From Eubacteriales bacterium (GTDB lineage: Bacteria; Bacillota; Clostridia; Oscillospirales; CAG-272), in NCBI GenBank assembly GCA_045588675.1, contig JAZNER010000016.1, positions 27,488-91,487 on the forward strand: a DNA stretch of 64,000 nucleotides, given 5' to 3'. Positions 29,388-38,802 of this stretch are shown piece after piece. Each line of letters begins with the position of its first letter. Positions within the stretch are counted from its first letter, which is position 1. The position numbers and the translations under genes were made by a program. The notes beneath the pieces are model-generated. The model did no database searches. It had not been told where the DNA came from and was given only the letters and a program-made list of their open reading frames with translations.

Positions 29388-30608
29388 ATGGATATTTCTG
29401 CTTCTCAGATCGAAAGTATTGTAAGAAGTGTAATCAGTTCTATGGGCGCATCTGCCAATGTTTCAAGAGATGTTCCTAAGGTTGCACACGTTGCGATGCT
29501 TACCGGTCCAAAGAAAATTGAAGTTCAGGAGCTTCCTATCCCCGAGCTCGGCGATGATGATATCCTCGTTCGCGTTGAGGGTGCGGGTGTCTGCGGAACC
29601 GACGTGCACGAGTGGAAGATGGACCCATTCGGTCTTATTCCCGTAATCCTCGGTCACGAGGGCACAGGCGAGGTTGTGGCTCTTGGCAAAAACGTAAAGG
29701 TTGATACACAGGGTAAGCCCCTCAAGGTTGGTGACAAGATAGTTACATCTGTTACAAGCTGCGGTGAGTGCTACAACTGTCGTATGCATCCCGAAACATC
29801 TAACCTCTGCGACAATCAGGGCGTTTTTGGCCTTATCGGCGACAAGAGAGGTCAGGCTGAGGGCAACCGTGTAAACGGCTGGTTCGCTGACTATATGGTT
29901 ATTAAGGGTGGCTACGGAGTTACATATTTCCAGGTTAACGACCTTAACTTAAAGCAAAGAATGCTTCTTGAGCTTGCTTGCGTATGTGTTCACGCGCTTG
30001 AAAGAGCACAGTCAACAGGACTTCTTAACTTCGGCTCCAAGGTTCTTCTTCAGGGCTGCGGACCCGTTGGCCTTACGATGATCACAGTTCTTCGCGCAGC
30101 AGGTATCAATCACATTATCGCAGTTGACGGTAATGAGGATAGATTGAAGGTAGCCGAAAGAATGGGCGCTAAAACGACAATTTGCTTCCGCCGTCCCGAT
30201 GAGGACACTCTTGAAAAGAGAGTTAACAAGGTTAAGGCAGTATCAAACGGCGTTGGAGTTGATTTCGCGTTCCAATGCACAGGCGCACCTGTAGCAGCTG
30301 CTGATATTTACAGCTACATCCGCCGCGGTGGCGGTATGTGTGAAATGGGCTTCTTCGTAAACAACGGAGATTACCAGGTCAACCCACACATCGCTATGTG
30401 TAACAAGGAAATCAACATCGTTGGTTCTTGGGACTACTCGGCTCAGGATTACCCCAAGACAGTTGCATTCCTTCACCAGTGCGCAGAGATGAACATCCCG
30501 ATCGAGGAATTGATTACTCACTCCTTCCCCCTCGACAAAATGAACGAGGCTATGGAAACAAACGTAGCTCAAAAGGGTATCAAGATTTGTTATATCAATG
30601 ACAAATGA
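29388..30608 (+). CDS. Zn-dependent (MDR) alcohol dehydrogenase with N-terminal encapsulation peptide
   Basis: GVCGTD, GHE, structural Zn CGECYNC..C and GCGPVG; N-terminal ASQIESIVRSVISSM. Confidence 0.9.
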   Translation: MDISASQIESIVRSVISSMGASANVSRDVPKVAHVAMLTGPKKIEVQELPIPELGDDDILVRVEGAGVCGTDVHEWKMDPFGLIPVILGHEGTGEVVALGKNVKVDTQGKPLKVGDKIVTSVTSCGECYNCRMHPETSNLCDNQGVFGLIGDKRGQAEGNRVNGWFADYMVIKGGYGVTYFQVNDLNLKQRMLLELACVCVHALERAQSTGLLNFGSKVLLQGCGPVGLTMITVLRAAGINHIIAVDGNEDRLKVAERMGAKTTICFRRPDEDTLEKRVNKVKAVSNGVGVDFAFQCTGAPVAAADIYSYIRRGGGMCEMGFFVNNGDYQVNPHIAMCNKEINIVGSWDYSAQDYPKTVAFLHQCAEMNIPIEELITHSFPLDKMNEAMETNVAQKGIKICYINDK

Positions 30609-30623
30609 TGAGGAGTAGCAGTT

Positions 30624-30965
30624 ATGGCAGCACTCGGAATGATTGAGGTTTACGGCTACACTACCTCAATAGTAATCGCAGACTTGGTGGCTAAGGTCGC
30701 TGATGTCAAGGTTGTAGCAATTGACAAAAACAAACCTGCTAATGCAGAGCAATGTGCAGTGCCGCTTGTAATGGTTGTTAAATTCGAGGGCAATGCAGGC
30801 GCAGTTCAGTCGGCACTTGACGCGGGAGTTGAGGAAGCAAAGCGCAGAGGTCTTTATATTACCTCTAAGATGATTGCGGGACTTGACGACCAGGTTCAAT
30901 GGTTTGCAGACCTTTCTGCTACGGGCAAGGATAAGCTCAGAAATACAGACAAAAAGTCTAAATAA
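30624..30965 (+). CDS. BMC-H shell protein, divergent
   Basis: ALGMIEV..D..AK.ADV..V.FEG..GAV..A BMC pattern, with a loop insertion and basic tail. Confidence 0.85.
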   Translation: MAALGMIEVYGYTTSIVIADLVAKVADVKVVAIDKNKPANAEQCAVPLVMVVKFEGNAGAVQSALDAGVEEAKRRGLYITSKMIAGLDDQVQWFADLSATGKDKLRNTDKKSK

Positions 30966-31007
30966 TTAAGTTAAAAAAATTGTAATATAAAAAGGAGATT
31001 CAAGACA

Positions 31008-31283
31008 ATGAATGAAGCACTTGGAATGGTAGAAACAAGAGGACTCGTAGCTGCAATCGAGGCAGCAGATGCTATGGTTAAGGCTGCTAACGTACAGCTT
31101 ATCGGCTCTGAGAAGATCGGTAGCGGACTTGTAAGCGTTATGGTTCGCGGTGATGTTGGCGCGGTTAAGGCTGCTGTTGAGGCAGGCGGAGCTGCAGCTT
31201 CCCGTCTTGGCGAAGTTATCGCTACACACGTTATTCCCCGTCCTCACACCGACGTTAACAAGCTTCTCCCCACACTCGGTTAA
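31008..31283 (+). CDS. BMC-H major shell protein (PduA/EutM-like), copy 1
   Basis: [23 protein letters not shown] pore, [10 protein letters not shown] and HVIPRPH. Confidence 0.97.
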   Translation: MNEALGMVETRGLVAAIEAADAMVKAANVQLIGSEKIGSGLVSVMVRGDVGAVKAAVEAGGAAASRLGEVIATHVIPRPHTDVNKLLPTLG

Positions 31284-31420
31284 TTTAAAGCCGAACAAAT
31301 CAAAAGACTTTGGCAGGGTGGGAATTTCAGGCTCGGTTACATATAAAATCGAATTTCTCTCATATCAATTGATAGAAGCCATAATTCCCTCCGCCCGAGT
31401 ACCGAAATGGAGATCAAAAA

Positions 31421-31705
31421 ATGGAAAAAGCAATTGCACTGCTTGAAGTTCAAGCTATGGTAACAGCGATAGTCGGTCTTGACGCTATGGTGAAAGCCGC
31501 AAACGTAAAGCTGATTCACGTTGAAAAGCGCTTGGGCGGAAGACTTGTGACAGTTGTTGTTGAGGGTACTGTTTCGGCAGTTACCGCCGCTCTTGAAGCG
31601 GGAGTCGAAGCCGCACAGGCTGTCGGAAATGTTATGTGTCAAGAGGTTATTGCACGTCCACATCCCGACATAGTAAAATTTATTAAAACAGACGAGGGTG
31701 TTTAA
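31421..31705 (+). CDS. BMC-H shell protein
   Basis: [36 protein letters not shown]. Confidence 0.93.
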   Translation: MEKAIALLEVQAMVTAIVGLDAMVKAANVKLIHVEKRLGGRLVTVVVEGTVSAVTAALEAGVEAAQAVGNVMCQEVIARPHPDIVKFIKTDEGV

Positions 31706-31796
31706 TTCAAAGCTCCCCCGCTGAAATAAAAGTCTCCCAAGCTTAATTTGGGAAAAGAATAAGAAAAATTTTAAATCCAAAAAGGAGAAAATTATT

Positions 31797-32072
31797 ATGA
31801 ATGAAGCACTTGGAATGGTAGAAACAAGAGGTCTTGTAGCTGCAATCGAAGCAGCAGATGCTATGGTTAAGGCTGCTAACGTACAGCTTATCGGCTCTGA
31901 GAAGATCGGTAGCGGACTTGTAAGCGTTATGGTTCGCGGCGATGTTGGCGCAGTTAAGGCTGCTGTTGAAGCAGGCGGAGCTGCAGCTTCCAGCCTCGGC
32001 GAAGTTGTTGCTACACACGTTATCCCCAGACCCCACACAGACGTTAACAAGCTTCTCCCTTCTCTCAGCTAA
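31797..32072 (+). CDS. BMC-H major shell protein (PduA/EutM-like), copy 2
   Basis: Same motifs as copy 1; 87/91 aa identical to 31008..31283. Confidence 0.97.
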   Translation: MNEALGMVETRGLVAAIEAADAMVKAANVQLIGSEKIGSGLVSVMVRGDVGAVKAAVEAGGAAASSLGEVVATHVIPRPHTDVNKLLPSLS

Positions 32073-32118
32073 TCTGAAAATTAGCAGAGATAGCACGACA
32101 AGCTTAAAAATGTCAGCT

Positions 32119-32148
32119 GTGTCTTGCCCGATTTTTCGGGCAAGACAC
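32119..32148 (+). other. Perfect 13-bp intercistronic stem-loop after BMC-H copy 2, no U-tract
   Basis: GTGTCTTGCCCGA-TTTT-TCGGGCAAGACAC followed by CAACAAAAAG. Confidence 0.75.
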
Positions 32149-32247
32149 CAACAAAAAGAATTTTTATATTAAGGCATTCAAGATATATGTTTGAGTTTCT
32201 TAATATAAAAATTGTTATTTAAATTGAAAGGAGCTTAAAGCTTAAAT

Positions 32248-32907
32248 ATGAATATTTCAACAGCAGATATTGAAAGCATCGTAAAAAAGATAGTTTCAGA
32301 AATGACAACCGATGCTCCTAAAAGCAACTCCCTTGAAATTCCTGTTGGTATATCAAACAGACATATTCACTTAACGCGTGAGGATCTGGACACTCTTTTC
32401 GGCAAAGGATATGAGCTTACACATCTGAAGGATTTGTCACAGCCCGGTCAGTATGCTTGCAAGGAAACTCTCACAATATTAGGCCCTTCAATGCGCGCCA
32501 TTGAAGGTGTCAGAGTTCTCGGTCCTCTCCGTCGCGCAAGTCAGGTAGAAATTTCGGTGACAGATTCTTATGTATTGAAGGTTAAGCCCCCTGTTCGCGA
32601 ATCAGGCAGTCTTAGCGGCTCCGCACCGATCACTATTGTCGGTCCTCGCGGAGTAGTTACCTTGAAAGAAGGCTGTATTATAGCTAACCGCCACATTCAT
32701 ATGAGCCCTGATGACGCTGTTCGCTTCGGAGTGAAGGACGGCGACTACATAAATGTTGACGCTATGTCAGGTACAAAGAGAACAAGATGGTTTGACGTTC
32801 AAATCAGAGTTAACAAGGACTTCAGACTTGAAATGCACGTTGATACTGATGATGCCAATGCGGTAGGCTTCAAAAATGGCAGCACAGTTACTGTTGCAAA
32901 AGACTAA
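32248..32907 (+). CDS. pduL: Phosphate propanoyltransferase (PTAC) with N-terminal encapsulation peptide
   Basis: ISNRHIHL, LSQPGQY, VRVLGP, RHIHM and MHVDTDDANA; N-terminal TADIESIVKKIVSEM. Confidence 0.95.
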   Translation: MNISTADIESIVKKIVSEMTTDAPKSNSLEIPVGISNRHIHLTREDLDTLFGKGYELTHLKDLSQPGQYACKETLTILGPSMRAIEGVRVLGPLRRASQVEISVTDSYVLKVKPPVRESGSLSGSAPITIVGPRGVVTLKEGCIIANRHIHMSPDDAVRFGVKDGDYINVDAMSGTKRTRWFDVQIRVNKDFRLEMHVDTDDANAVGFKNGSTVTVAKD

Positions 32908-32936
32908 TATTAGATTAAAATAAGAGGTACATTTTT

Positions 32937-33200
32937 ATGTTAAAGGGTAAAGTTGTAGGAACAATAGTATCAACAAACAAGCTTGAGAAGCTTGTAGGCT
33001 ATAAGTTCCTTGAAATTCAAATCATTGAAAACCGCGAGCTTACCGATAAATATATCGTAGCGGTTGACCGCACCGTGAGCGCAGGTATCGGAGAAGAGGT
33101 ACTTGTAACAACAGGAAGCGGTGCAAGAGTTGCAGTCGGCGACCAGAATTCTCCGATTGATGCAGTAGTAGTAGGAATTGTAGATAAAAAAGTTAACTGA
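32937..33200 (+). CDS. BMC-P vertex protein (EutN/CcmL/PduN family)
   Basis: GKVVGTIVSTNK, VAVD..AGIGEEVL..GSGAR and PIDAVVVGIVD. Confidence 0.95.
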   Translation: MLKGKVVGTIVSTNKLEKLVGYKFLEIQIIENRELTDKYIVAVDRTVSAGIGEEVLVTTGSGARVAVGDQNSPIDAVVVGIVDKKVN

Positions 33201-33278
33201 TTTGTTTAGTTAAAATTATCACTCTACATAAATATTTTTATCCCCACAGAAAGGAAGCACTTTTGTGCGAATAGAGCA

Positions 33279-34604
33279 ATGCCACAGATAGACTTAAAAT
33301 CAATTATGCAAAACAACGGTATTGTCGGCGCGGGCGGTGCAGGATTTCCCTCTTACGGAAAGCTTGCCGACGGAGCTGACTTGCTTGTAATAAACTGTGC
33401 CGAATGTGAGCCGCTTATGTACACTGACTATATGCTTATGCGTGAGGAAATGTCCAAAATCGTTGAAGGCTGTCAGATAATAATGGCCCAAACAGGAATT
33501 AAGCACTCGTACATATCGATCAAAGAGCACAGAGCTCATATGCTCGGTTACACCGAAGGCCAGATCCTTGGCGAGAATGTAAGCGTTAAGCTGCTCCCCA
33601 ATGTTTACCCTATGGGTGACGAGATCAACTTGATTTACGAAACCACGGGACGCGTTGTAAAGCCGGGTAATCTTCCTATTACCGCAGGTGTTATAGTTTA
33701 CAACGGCGAAACTGTTTATAATATTCGCGCAGCTGTCAAGGAAGGCAAGCCTGTTGTGGAAAAGTGGGTAACGATTGGCGGTGATCTGCCCGAAAGATAT
33801 ATGGTTAAAGCTCCTATTGGAATGCGTGTATCTGAAATTTTCGATATGCTTGGAGTAAAGGTACGACCTGACCAAGCTATGATAGACGGCGGTCCTGCTA
33901 TGGGTAAAATCAAAGATCCCGAAACCGCTACTATTACCAAAACAACAAAATCACTTCTTATAATTCCCAAAACCGCTCGTTGTATTCAGAACAAGCAGGT
34001 GGCTATGGACGATATGATGCGCCGAGCGGCTTCCGCTTGCTGCGGTTGTATCAGATGTACTGAAATGTGTCCGAGAAACCTTCTGGGTTATCCGCTTGAG
34101 CCTCACAAAATGATAAGAGCTGCTCTCAACAATGCTGTCGTTGATTATCCTGAGCTTATCAAAACCGCTTCGCTTTGCTGTTCCTGCGGTGTTTGCGCTG
34201 AGGTTTGCTGTCAGGAAATCTCGCCTAAGGATGTAATTCTGAACCTCAAAGGAATTCTTGCTAAAAACAAGCTCAGATTTGCTGCGGGAAACGAGGATTA
34301 CAGCGTAAACTCTGACCGCCAGTATAGAATGATTCAATCAACCAAATGGGAAGAAATACTTGGTGTGCGCAAATATGATGTTGTGCCTAAATACATTCAG
34401 AACAGTCTTAAAGCTACGAGAGTTGAAATCGCTATGTCATCTCACATAGGCGCGCCTTCACTTCCCACCGTTAAAGTCGGTGATATTGTAACCGAAGGAC
34501 AAATGATTGCAGAATGCGGCGCAGGTCTTTCTGTTCCTCAGTTCGCTTCAATCGGCGGCAAAGTCGTATCGGTTGACCCATCAAAGATTGTTATAGAAGC
34601 ATAA
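33279..34604 (+). CDS. pduS: PduS-like Fe-S flavoprotein (RnfC-related)
   Basis: GIVGAGGAGFP, NCAECEP, YPMGDE, GGPAMG, CCGCIRCTEMCP, CCSCGVC and HIGAP. Confidence 0.88.
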   Translation: MPQIDLKSIMQNNGIVGAGGAGFPSYGKLADGADLLVINCAECEPLMYTDYMLMREEMSKIVEGCQIIMAQTGIKHSYISIKEHRAHMLGYTEGQILGENVSVKLLPNVYPMGDEINLIYETTGRVVKPGNLPITAGVIVYNGETVYNIRAAVKEGKPVVEKWVTIGGDLPERYMVKAPIGMRVSEIFDMLGVKVRPDQAMIDGGPAMGKIKDPETATITKTTKSLLIIPKTARCIQNKQVAMDDMMRRAASACCGCIRCTEMCPRNLLGYPLEPHKMIRAALNNAVVDYPELIKTASLCCSCGVCAEVCCQEISPKDVILNLKGILAKNKLRFAAGNEDYSVNSDRQYRMIQSTKWEEILGVRKYDVVPKYIQNSLKATRVEIAMSSHIGAPSLPTVKVGDIVTEGQMIAECGAGLSVPQFASIGGKVVSVDPSKIVIEA

Positions 34605-34640
34605 CAGTCAATCAGTTAAGAAAGGTATTGGATTTACATA

Positions 34641-35186
34641 ATGTATCAAGCAATTGGTGTAATTGAACTTAAAAGCATAGCAAAGGGTATTGAAGCAACA
34701 GATGCGGCTCTCAAAAGCGCAGGAATCAGCTTGATTTCGGCTCGTCCCGCCTGTCCCGGTAAGTTTGAAATGATTATCACAGGTACTATTTCAAATGTTA
34801 CAAGCGCGGTTGAACACGTTAAGAGCCGTTTTGAAGACAAGCTTGTTGACGTTTCTATTATGGGACGCATTGACCCTCAAGTTATCACCTCTCTCTTTGG
34901 CACTCAGCCCGCCGAGAAAAAGGGCAGCCTTGGAATTATCGAAACATATTCTGCGGCAAGTATTATTAAAGCGGCTGATATAGCTGTTAAAACTGCTAAA
35001 GTATCAATTTTTGAGCTTCGCACCTCTCGCGGTATGGGCGGTAAGGGTATCGCTCTCGTTACAGGTGATGTCGGTGATGTTACCGCGGCTGTTGAAGCAG
35101 GCGCAGCTCACGCTAAGGATGCAGGCGTATTCTACAATTCGTCTGTAATTCCTGCTCCTCACTCTCTTCTCTGGGAGCAAATCTGA
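34641..35186 (+). CDS. pduT: BMC-T tandem shell protein, PduT-like
   Basis: Two BMC domains, CPGK pore cysteine motif, GMGGKG; follows pduS. Confidence 0.9.
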   Translation: MYQAIGVIELKSIAKGIEATDAALKSAGISLISARPACPGKFEMIITGTISNVTSAVEHVKSRFEDKLVDVSIMGRIDPQVITSLFGTQPAEKKGSLGIIETYSAASIIKAADIAVKTAKVSIFELRTSRGMGGKGIALVTGDVGDVTAAVEAGAAHAKDAGVFYNSSVIPAPHSLLWEQI

Positions 35187-35229
35187 TTTGAGATGATTTT
35201 GAGATAATTAATTATTTGGAGATAATAAA

Positions 35230-37761
35230 ATGGGCAATATTAAATTTGTAATAAATAAAAGTCCAAGAATTTCAAGGCTTATTGACCATCTCTATGCCAA
35301 TACGCCCGAAATTGAGGCTGACAGAGCCGAGCTTATAACCGAAAGTTACAAGCATACAGAGCATCTGCCGACTATTAAAAGACGCTCTGCCGCATTCCGT
35401 CACATTCTTGAAAATATCCCGATAGTTATTCGTCCTGAAGAGCTTATTGTTGGTAGTAACTCTATCAAGCCTCGCAGTTGCCAGATCTTCCCCGAGTATT
35501 CTTACGAATGGCTTGAGCTTGAATATGACACTCTCGCAACCCGTGAGGCTGACCCCTTCTATATCTCTCCCTCGACTGTTGACAGACTTAAGAAGGCAAC
35601 TCCTTACTGGAAGGGCAAGACCGTTAGTGATTTGGCTGCCCAAAGCATGGACAAGAAGGTTCTTGATGTTTTCATGAACCACGGTATGTTTACCGTTGGA
35701 AACTATTTTTATAACGGAATAGGCCACATAAATGTTGATTATGCAAAGGTTATAAATAAAGGTCTTGAAGGTATAATCGAAGAAGCAAAATCCGCTCTTT
35801 CAAAGCTTTATATCGGAAATGGCGATTACTTGCGCCGCAAGCATTTTCTTGAGGCAGTAATTGAAAGCTGTGAGGGCGTTATCACATATGCAAAGCGTTA
35901 TTCCGCGCTTGCACTCAAGGAAGCGGGAGAATGTACAGACAGTGTTCGCCGCGCAGAGCTTTTGAAAATTTCAGAGATCTGCGACAGAGTTCCCGCAAAG
36001 CCTGCAAGAAGCTTCTATGAGGCTTGCCAGAGCTTCTGGTTCGTTCAACAGCTTATTCAGTGCGAGTCAAACGGTCACTCGATTTCTCCCGGACGCTTTG
36101 ACCAATATATGTATCCCCTTTTCAAGAAAGACCTTGACAACGGTACAATAACTCACGAGCTTGCACAGGAATATATCGACTGTATCTGGGTTAAGCTCAA
36201 CGACCTCACTAAAGTAAGAGATTTAGCTTCCGCAGAAGGCTTTGCAGGCTACGGCTTGTTCCAGAACCTTATCGTAGGCGGTCAGAACGAGGAAGGAATT
36301 GATGTTACAAACGACCTTTCCTATATGTGTCTTGAGGCTACAATGCATGTTCGCCTTCCCCAGCCCTCTCTTTCAATCCGCGTATGGAACGGTTCGCCTC
36401 ACGATTTGCTTATTAAGGCAGCGGCTCTTACACGCGAAGGCTTTGGAGTTCCCGCTTACTATAACGACGAGGTTATTATTCCCTCAATTATGGCACGCGG
36501 CCTTACACTTGAAGACGCGCGCGATTACTGCATTATCGGTTGCGTAGAGCCTCAAAAGGGCGGCAAAACAGACGGTTGGCACGACGCGGCATTCTTCAAT
36601 ATGTGCCGTCCGCTCGAGCTTGTATTCTCAAACGGATATGATAAGGGCAAGCTTATCGGTCTTCAGACAGGCGATGTCGAGAAAATGACAAGCTTTGAAG
36701 AATTCTATGATGCTTACAAGCGTCAGCAATTTAACATGATAGAAATGATGGTTAACGCCGACAACGCCGTTGACTATGCACACTCGGTACGCGCTCCTCT
36801 CCCCTTTGAGTCTTGCCTCTGTGATGACTGTATTTCAAAGGGCAAGAGTCTTCAGGAAGGCGGTGCACATTATAATTTCACAGGTCCGCAGGGATTTGGA
36901 ATTGCTAATATGACCGATGCACTGTTAGCTGTTAAAACTCTTGTATTTGAAACAAAGCAAGTTACAATGAAGGAGATGAAGGAAGCTGTTGCTAACAACT
37001 TCGGCAAGGGTATTATGCCCAAAAAGGCAATTGAGCTTACTGCAGAGGTAGCTCGCCAGCTTGACAAGAACGGTGTTGATGTAAACGAGGCTATTATAAA
37101 AAGCATTTATGAGAATATAACAAATGCAGAAAGTATTCCTGCTGACAAAAAGGCAAGATATGGCGAGATACTCGATTTGATCAACGCTCTTCCCAAGTAC
37201 GGCAACGATATCCCTGAGGTTGATGCCTTTGCACGTGAGGTTGGAAACACATATACAAAGTCATTTGACAAATTCACTAACCCTCGCGGCGGTATATATC
37301 AGGCAGGACTTTATCCCGTATCTGCAAACGTTCCGCTCGGTTACCAGACAGGAGCTACTCCCGACGGCAGACTTGCTTACACACCTATTGCAGACGGCGT
37401 AGGCCCTGCATCGGGACGAGATGTAAAGGGTCCGACAGCAACCGCTAACTCTGTTGCCCGTCTTGACCACGGAATTGCATCAAACGGAACACTCTTTAAT
37501 CAGAAGTTCCACCCGTCAGCTCTTGCAGGTATGGCAAGCCTTGAAAAATTCGTGGCTTACCTTCGCGGATATTTTGACCAGAAGGGTATGCACGTTCAGT
37601 ACAATGTAGTTTCAAAGGAAACCTTGCTTGACGCCCAAAAGAACCCCGAAAAATACAAAACTCTTGTGGTAAGAGTTGCAGGATACAGCGCACTCTTTAC
37701 AACACTTTCCCGCTCACTCCAGGACGATATTATCAATCGTACCGAGCAGTCGGGGCTTTAA
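35230..37761 (+). CDS. Glycyl radical enzyme, most likely B12-independent 1,2-propanediol dehydratase
   Basis: ESNGHSISPGRFDQY, Cys loop IIGCVEP and glycyl loop RVAGYS; located in a BMC locus with aldolase, PduP and PduL. Confidence 0.87.
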   Translation: MGNIKFVINKSPRISRLIDHLYANTPEIEADRAELITESYKHTEHLPTIKRRSAAFRHILENIPIVIRPEELIVGSNSIKPRSCQIFPEYSYEWLELEYDTLATREADPFYISPSTVDRLKKATPYWKGKTVSDLAAQSMDKKVLDVFMNHGMFTVGNYFYNGIGHINVDYAKVINKGLEGIIEEAKSALSKLYIGNGDYLRRKHFLEAVIESCEGVITYAKRYSALALKEAGECTDSVRRAELLKISEICDRVPAKPARSFYEACQSFWFVQQLIQCESNGHSISPGRFDQYMYPLFKKDLDNGTITHELAQEYIDCIWVKLNDLTKVRDLASAEGFAGYGLFQNLIVGGQNEEGIDVTNDLSYMCLEATMHVRLPQPSLSIRVWNGSPHDLLIKAAALTREGFGVPAYYNDEVIIPSIMARGLTLEDARDYCIIGCVEPQKGGKTDGWHDAAFFNMCRPLELVFSNGYDKGKLIGLQTGDVEKMTSFEEFYDAYKRQQFNMIEMMVNADNAVDYAHSVRAPLPFESCLCDDCISKGKSLQEGGAHYNFTGPQGFGIANMTDALLAVKTLVFETKQVTMKEMKEAVANNFGKGIMPKKAIELTAEVARQLDKNGVDVNEAIIKSIYENITNAESIPADKKARYGEILDLINALPKYGNDIPEVDAFAREVGNTYTKSFDKFTNPRGGIYQAGLYPVSANVPLGYQTGATPDGRLAYTPIADGVGPASGRDVKGPTATANSVARLDHGIASNGTLFNQKFHPSALAGMASLEKFVAYLRGYFDQKGMHVQYNVVSKETLLDAQKNPEKYKTLVVRVAGYSALFTTLSRSLQDDIINRTEQSGL

Positions 37762-37774
37762 GGTAAAAATGGCT

Positions 37775-37806
37775 TGTCAGGGAGCTTTTAAATAAGTTCC
37801 CTGACA
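37775..37806 (+). other. Stem-loop between the GRE and activase genes, no U-tract
   Basis: TGTCAGGGAGCTT-TTAAAT-AAGTTCCCTGACA (one G-U pair), followed by GCCCTCAAAAG. Confidence 0.7.
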
Positions 37807-37920
37807 GCCCTCAAAAGCTTTGAAAATTATTTCACCCATTTTATATGCTTAAATTGACTTAATTTAATCGTATAAAATTGGTGAACAGGTAAAAATCGTT
37901 ACGAAATCAGGAGTAATAAA

Positions 37921-38718
37921 GTGAATTCAAATATATACGAGCAAACAGGTCGAATTTTCGACATACAAAGATATTCTATACATGACGGACCTGGAATAAG
38001 GACTATCGTGTTCCTTAAAGGATGCCTGCTCCGTTGCAAATGGTGCTGTAACCCCGAATCGCAGGAATACAAAATACAGGATATGACTCTTGCGGGCAAA
38101 ACCAAAATTGTCGGCAGAGATGTTACTGTCGGCGAGGTTATAGACGAGATCATGGCAGACAGAATTTACTATAGGAGAAGCGGTGGGGGCATCACACTGT
38201 CGGGCGGCGAATGTATGACACAGCCCGATTTTGCCGAAGCGCTTTTGAGAGCGGTACACGAGCACGGCTTTAACACCGCAATTGAAACAACCGCTTGCGC
38301 AAGCCGTGAAGTTGTAGATCGACTTCTTCCCCACGTTGACCACTTCCTTATGGACATAAAGCATATGAATTCAGCAAAGCACCAACAGTTCACGACTCAA
38401 CCGAATGAATTGATATTGGAAAACGCTAAATACATAGCTGAGAACGCAAATCATCTGATTATCAGAGTTCCCGTAGTGCCAACCTTTAATGACACTCCCG
38501 AGGAAATCTCGGCAATTGCTCGCTTTGCAGACGCGCTCCCCAATGTGCGAGAGCTTCACCTGCTTCCCTACCACCGTTTAGGTCAGGACAAGTATGCGGG
38601 AATAGGCAGACGCTATGAGCTTGACGGCATAACGCCCCCTACAACCGAGCATATGCAAGAGCTTTTGCGTGTGGCGGAAAGTGTATCAACAAAGCTGTCA
38701 GTTCAAATCGGCGGTTAA
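37921..38718 (+). CDS. Glycyl-radical enzyme activating enzyme (radical SAM, no ferredoxin insert)
   Basis: HDGPGIRT.VFLKGC, CLLRCKWC, SGGE and LLPYH; GTG start with AGGAG RBS. Confidence 0.95.
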   Translation: MNSNIYEQTGRIFDIQRYSIHDGPGIRTIVFLKGCLLRCKWCCNPESQEYKIQDMTLAGKTKIVGRDVTVGEVIDEIMADRIYYRRSGGGITLSGGECMTQPDFAEALLRAVHEHGFNTAIETTACASREVVDRLLPHVDHFLMDIKHMNSAKHQQFTTQPNELILENAKYIAENANHLIIRVPVVPTFNDTPEEISAIARFADALPNVRELHLLPYHRLGQDKYAGIGRRYELDGITPPTTEHMQELLRVAESVSTKLSVQIGG

Positions 38719-38802
38719 TCTAACAATTTAGAATTTTTAATTTTCTTTAAATAACACTCAACTCAAACATTTTTTTAGCGCTTTGGCGCACGGAGAATTA
38801 TT

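Larger units (their letters stand above)
31008..32072 (+). repeat. Near-identical 276-bp direct repeat (two BMC-H genes, 31008-31283 and 31797-32072)
   Basis: Long identical nucleotide runs; 4 amino-acid differences, all near the C-terminus. Confidence 0.95.

Noticed and set aside
31337-32050. 237-aa antisense ORF across the shell genes (also 5270-6085, 59896-60729, 40246-40749 and similar)
   Set aside because: Shadow ORFs opposite well-supported genes, with no RBS or recognisable motif.
35230-37761. GRE as pyruvate formate-lyase or choline TMA-lyase
   Set aside because: Single-Cys GCVEP loop rather than the PFL CC motif; aldolase, PduL and propionate-type kinase context favours propanediol dehydratase. 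A phylogeny is needed to exclude other dehydratases fully.
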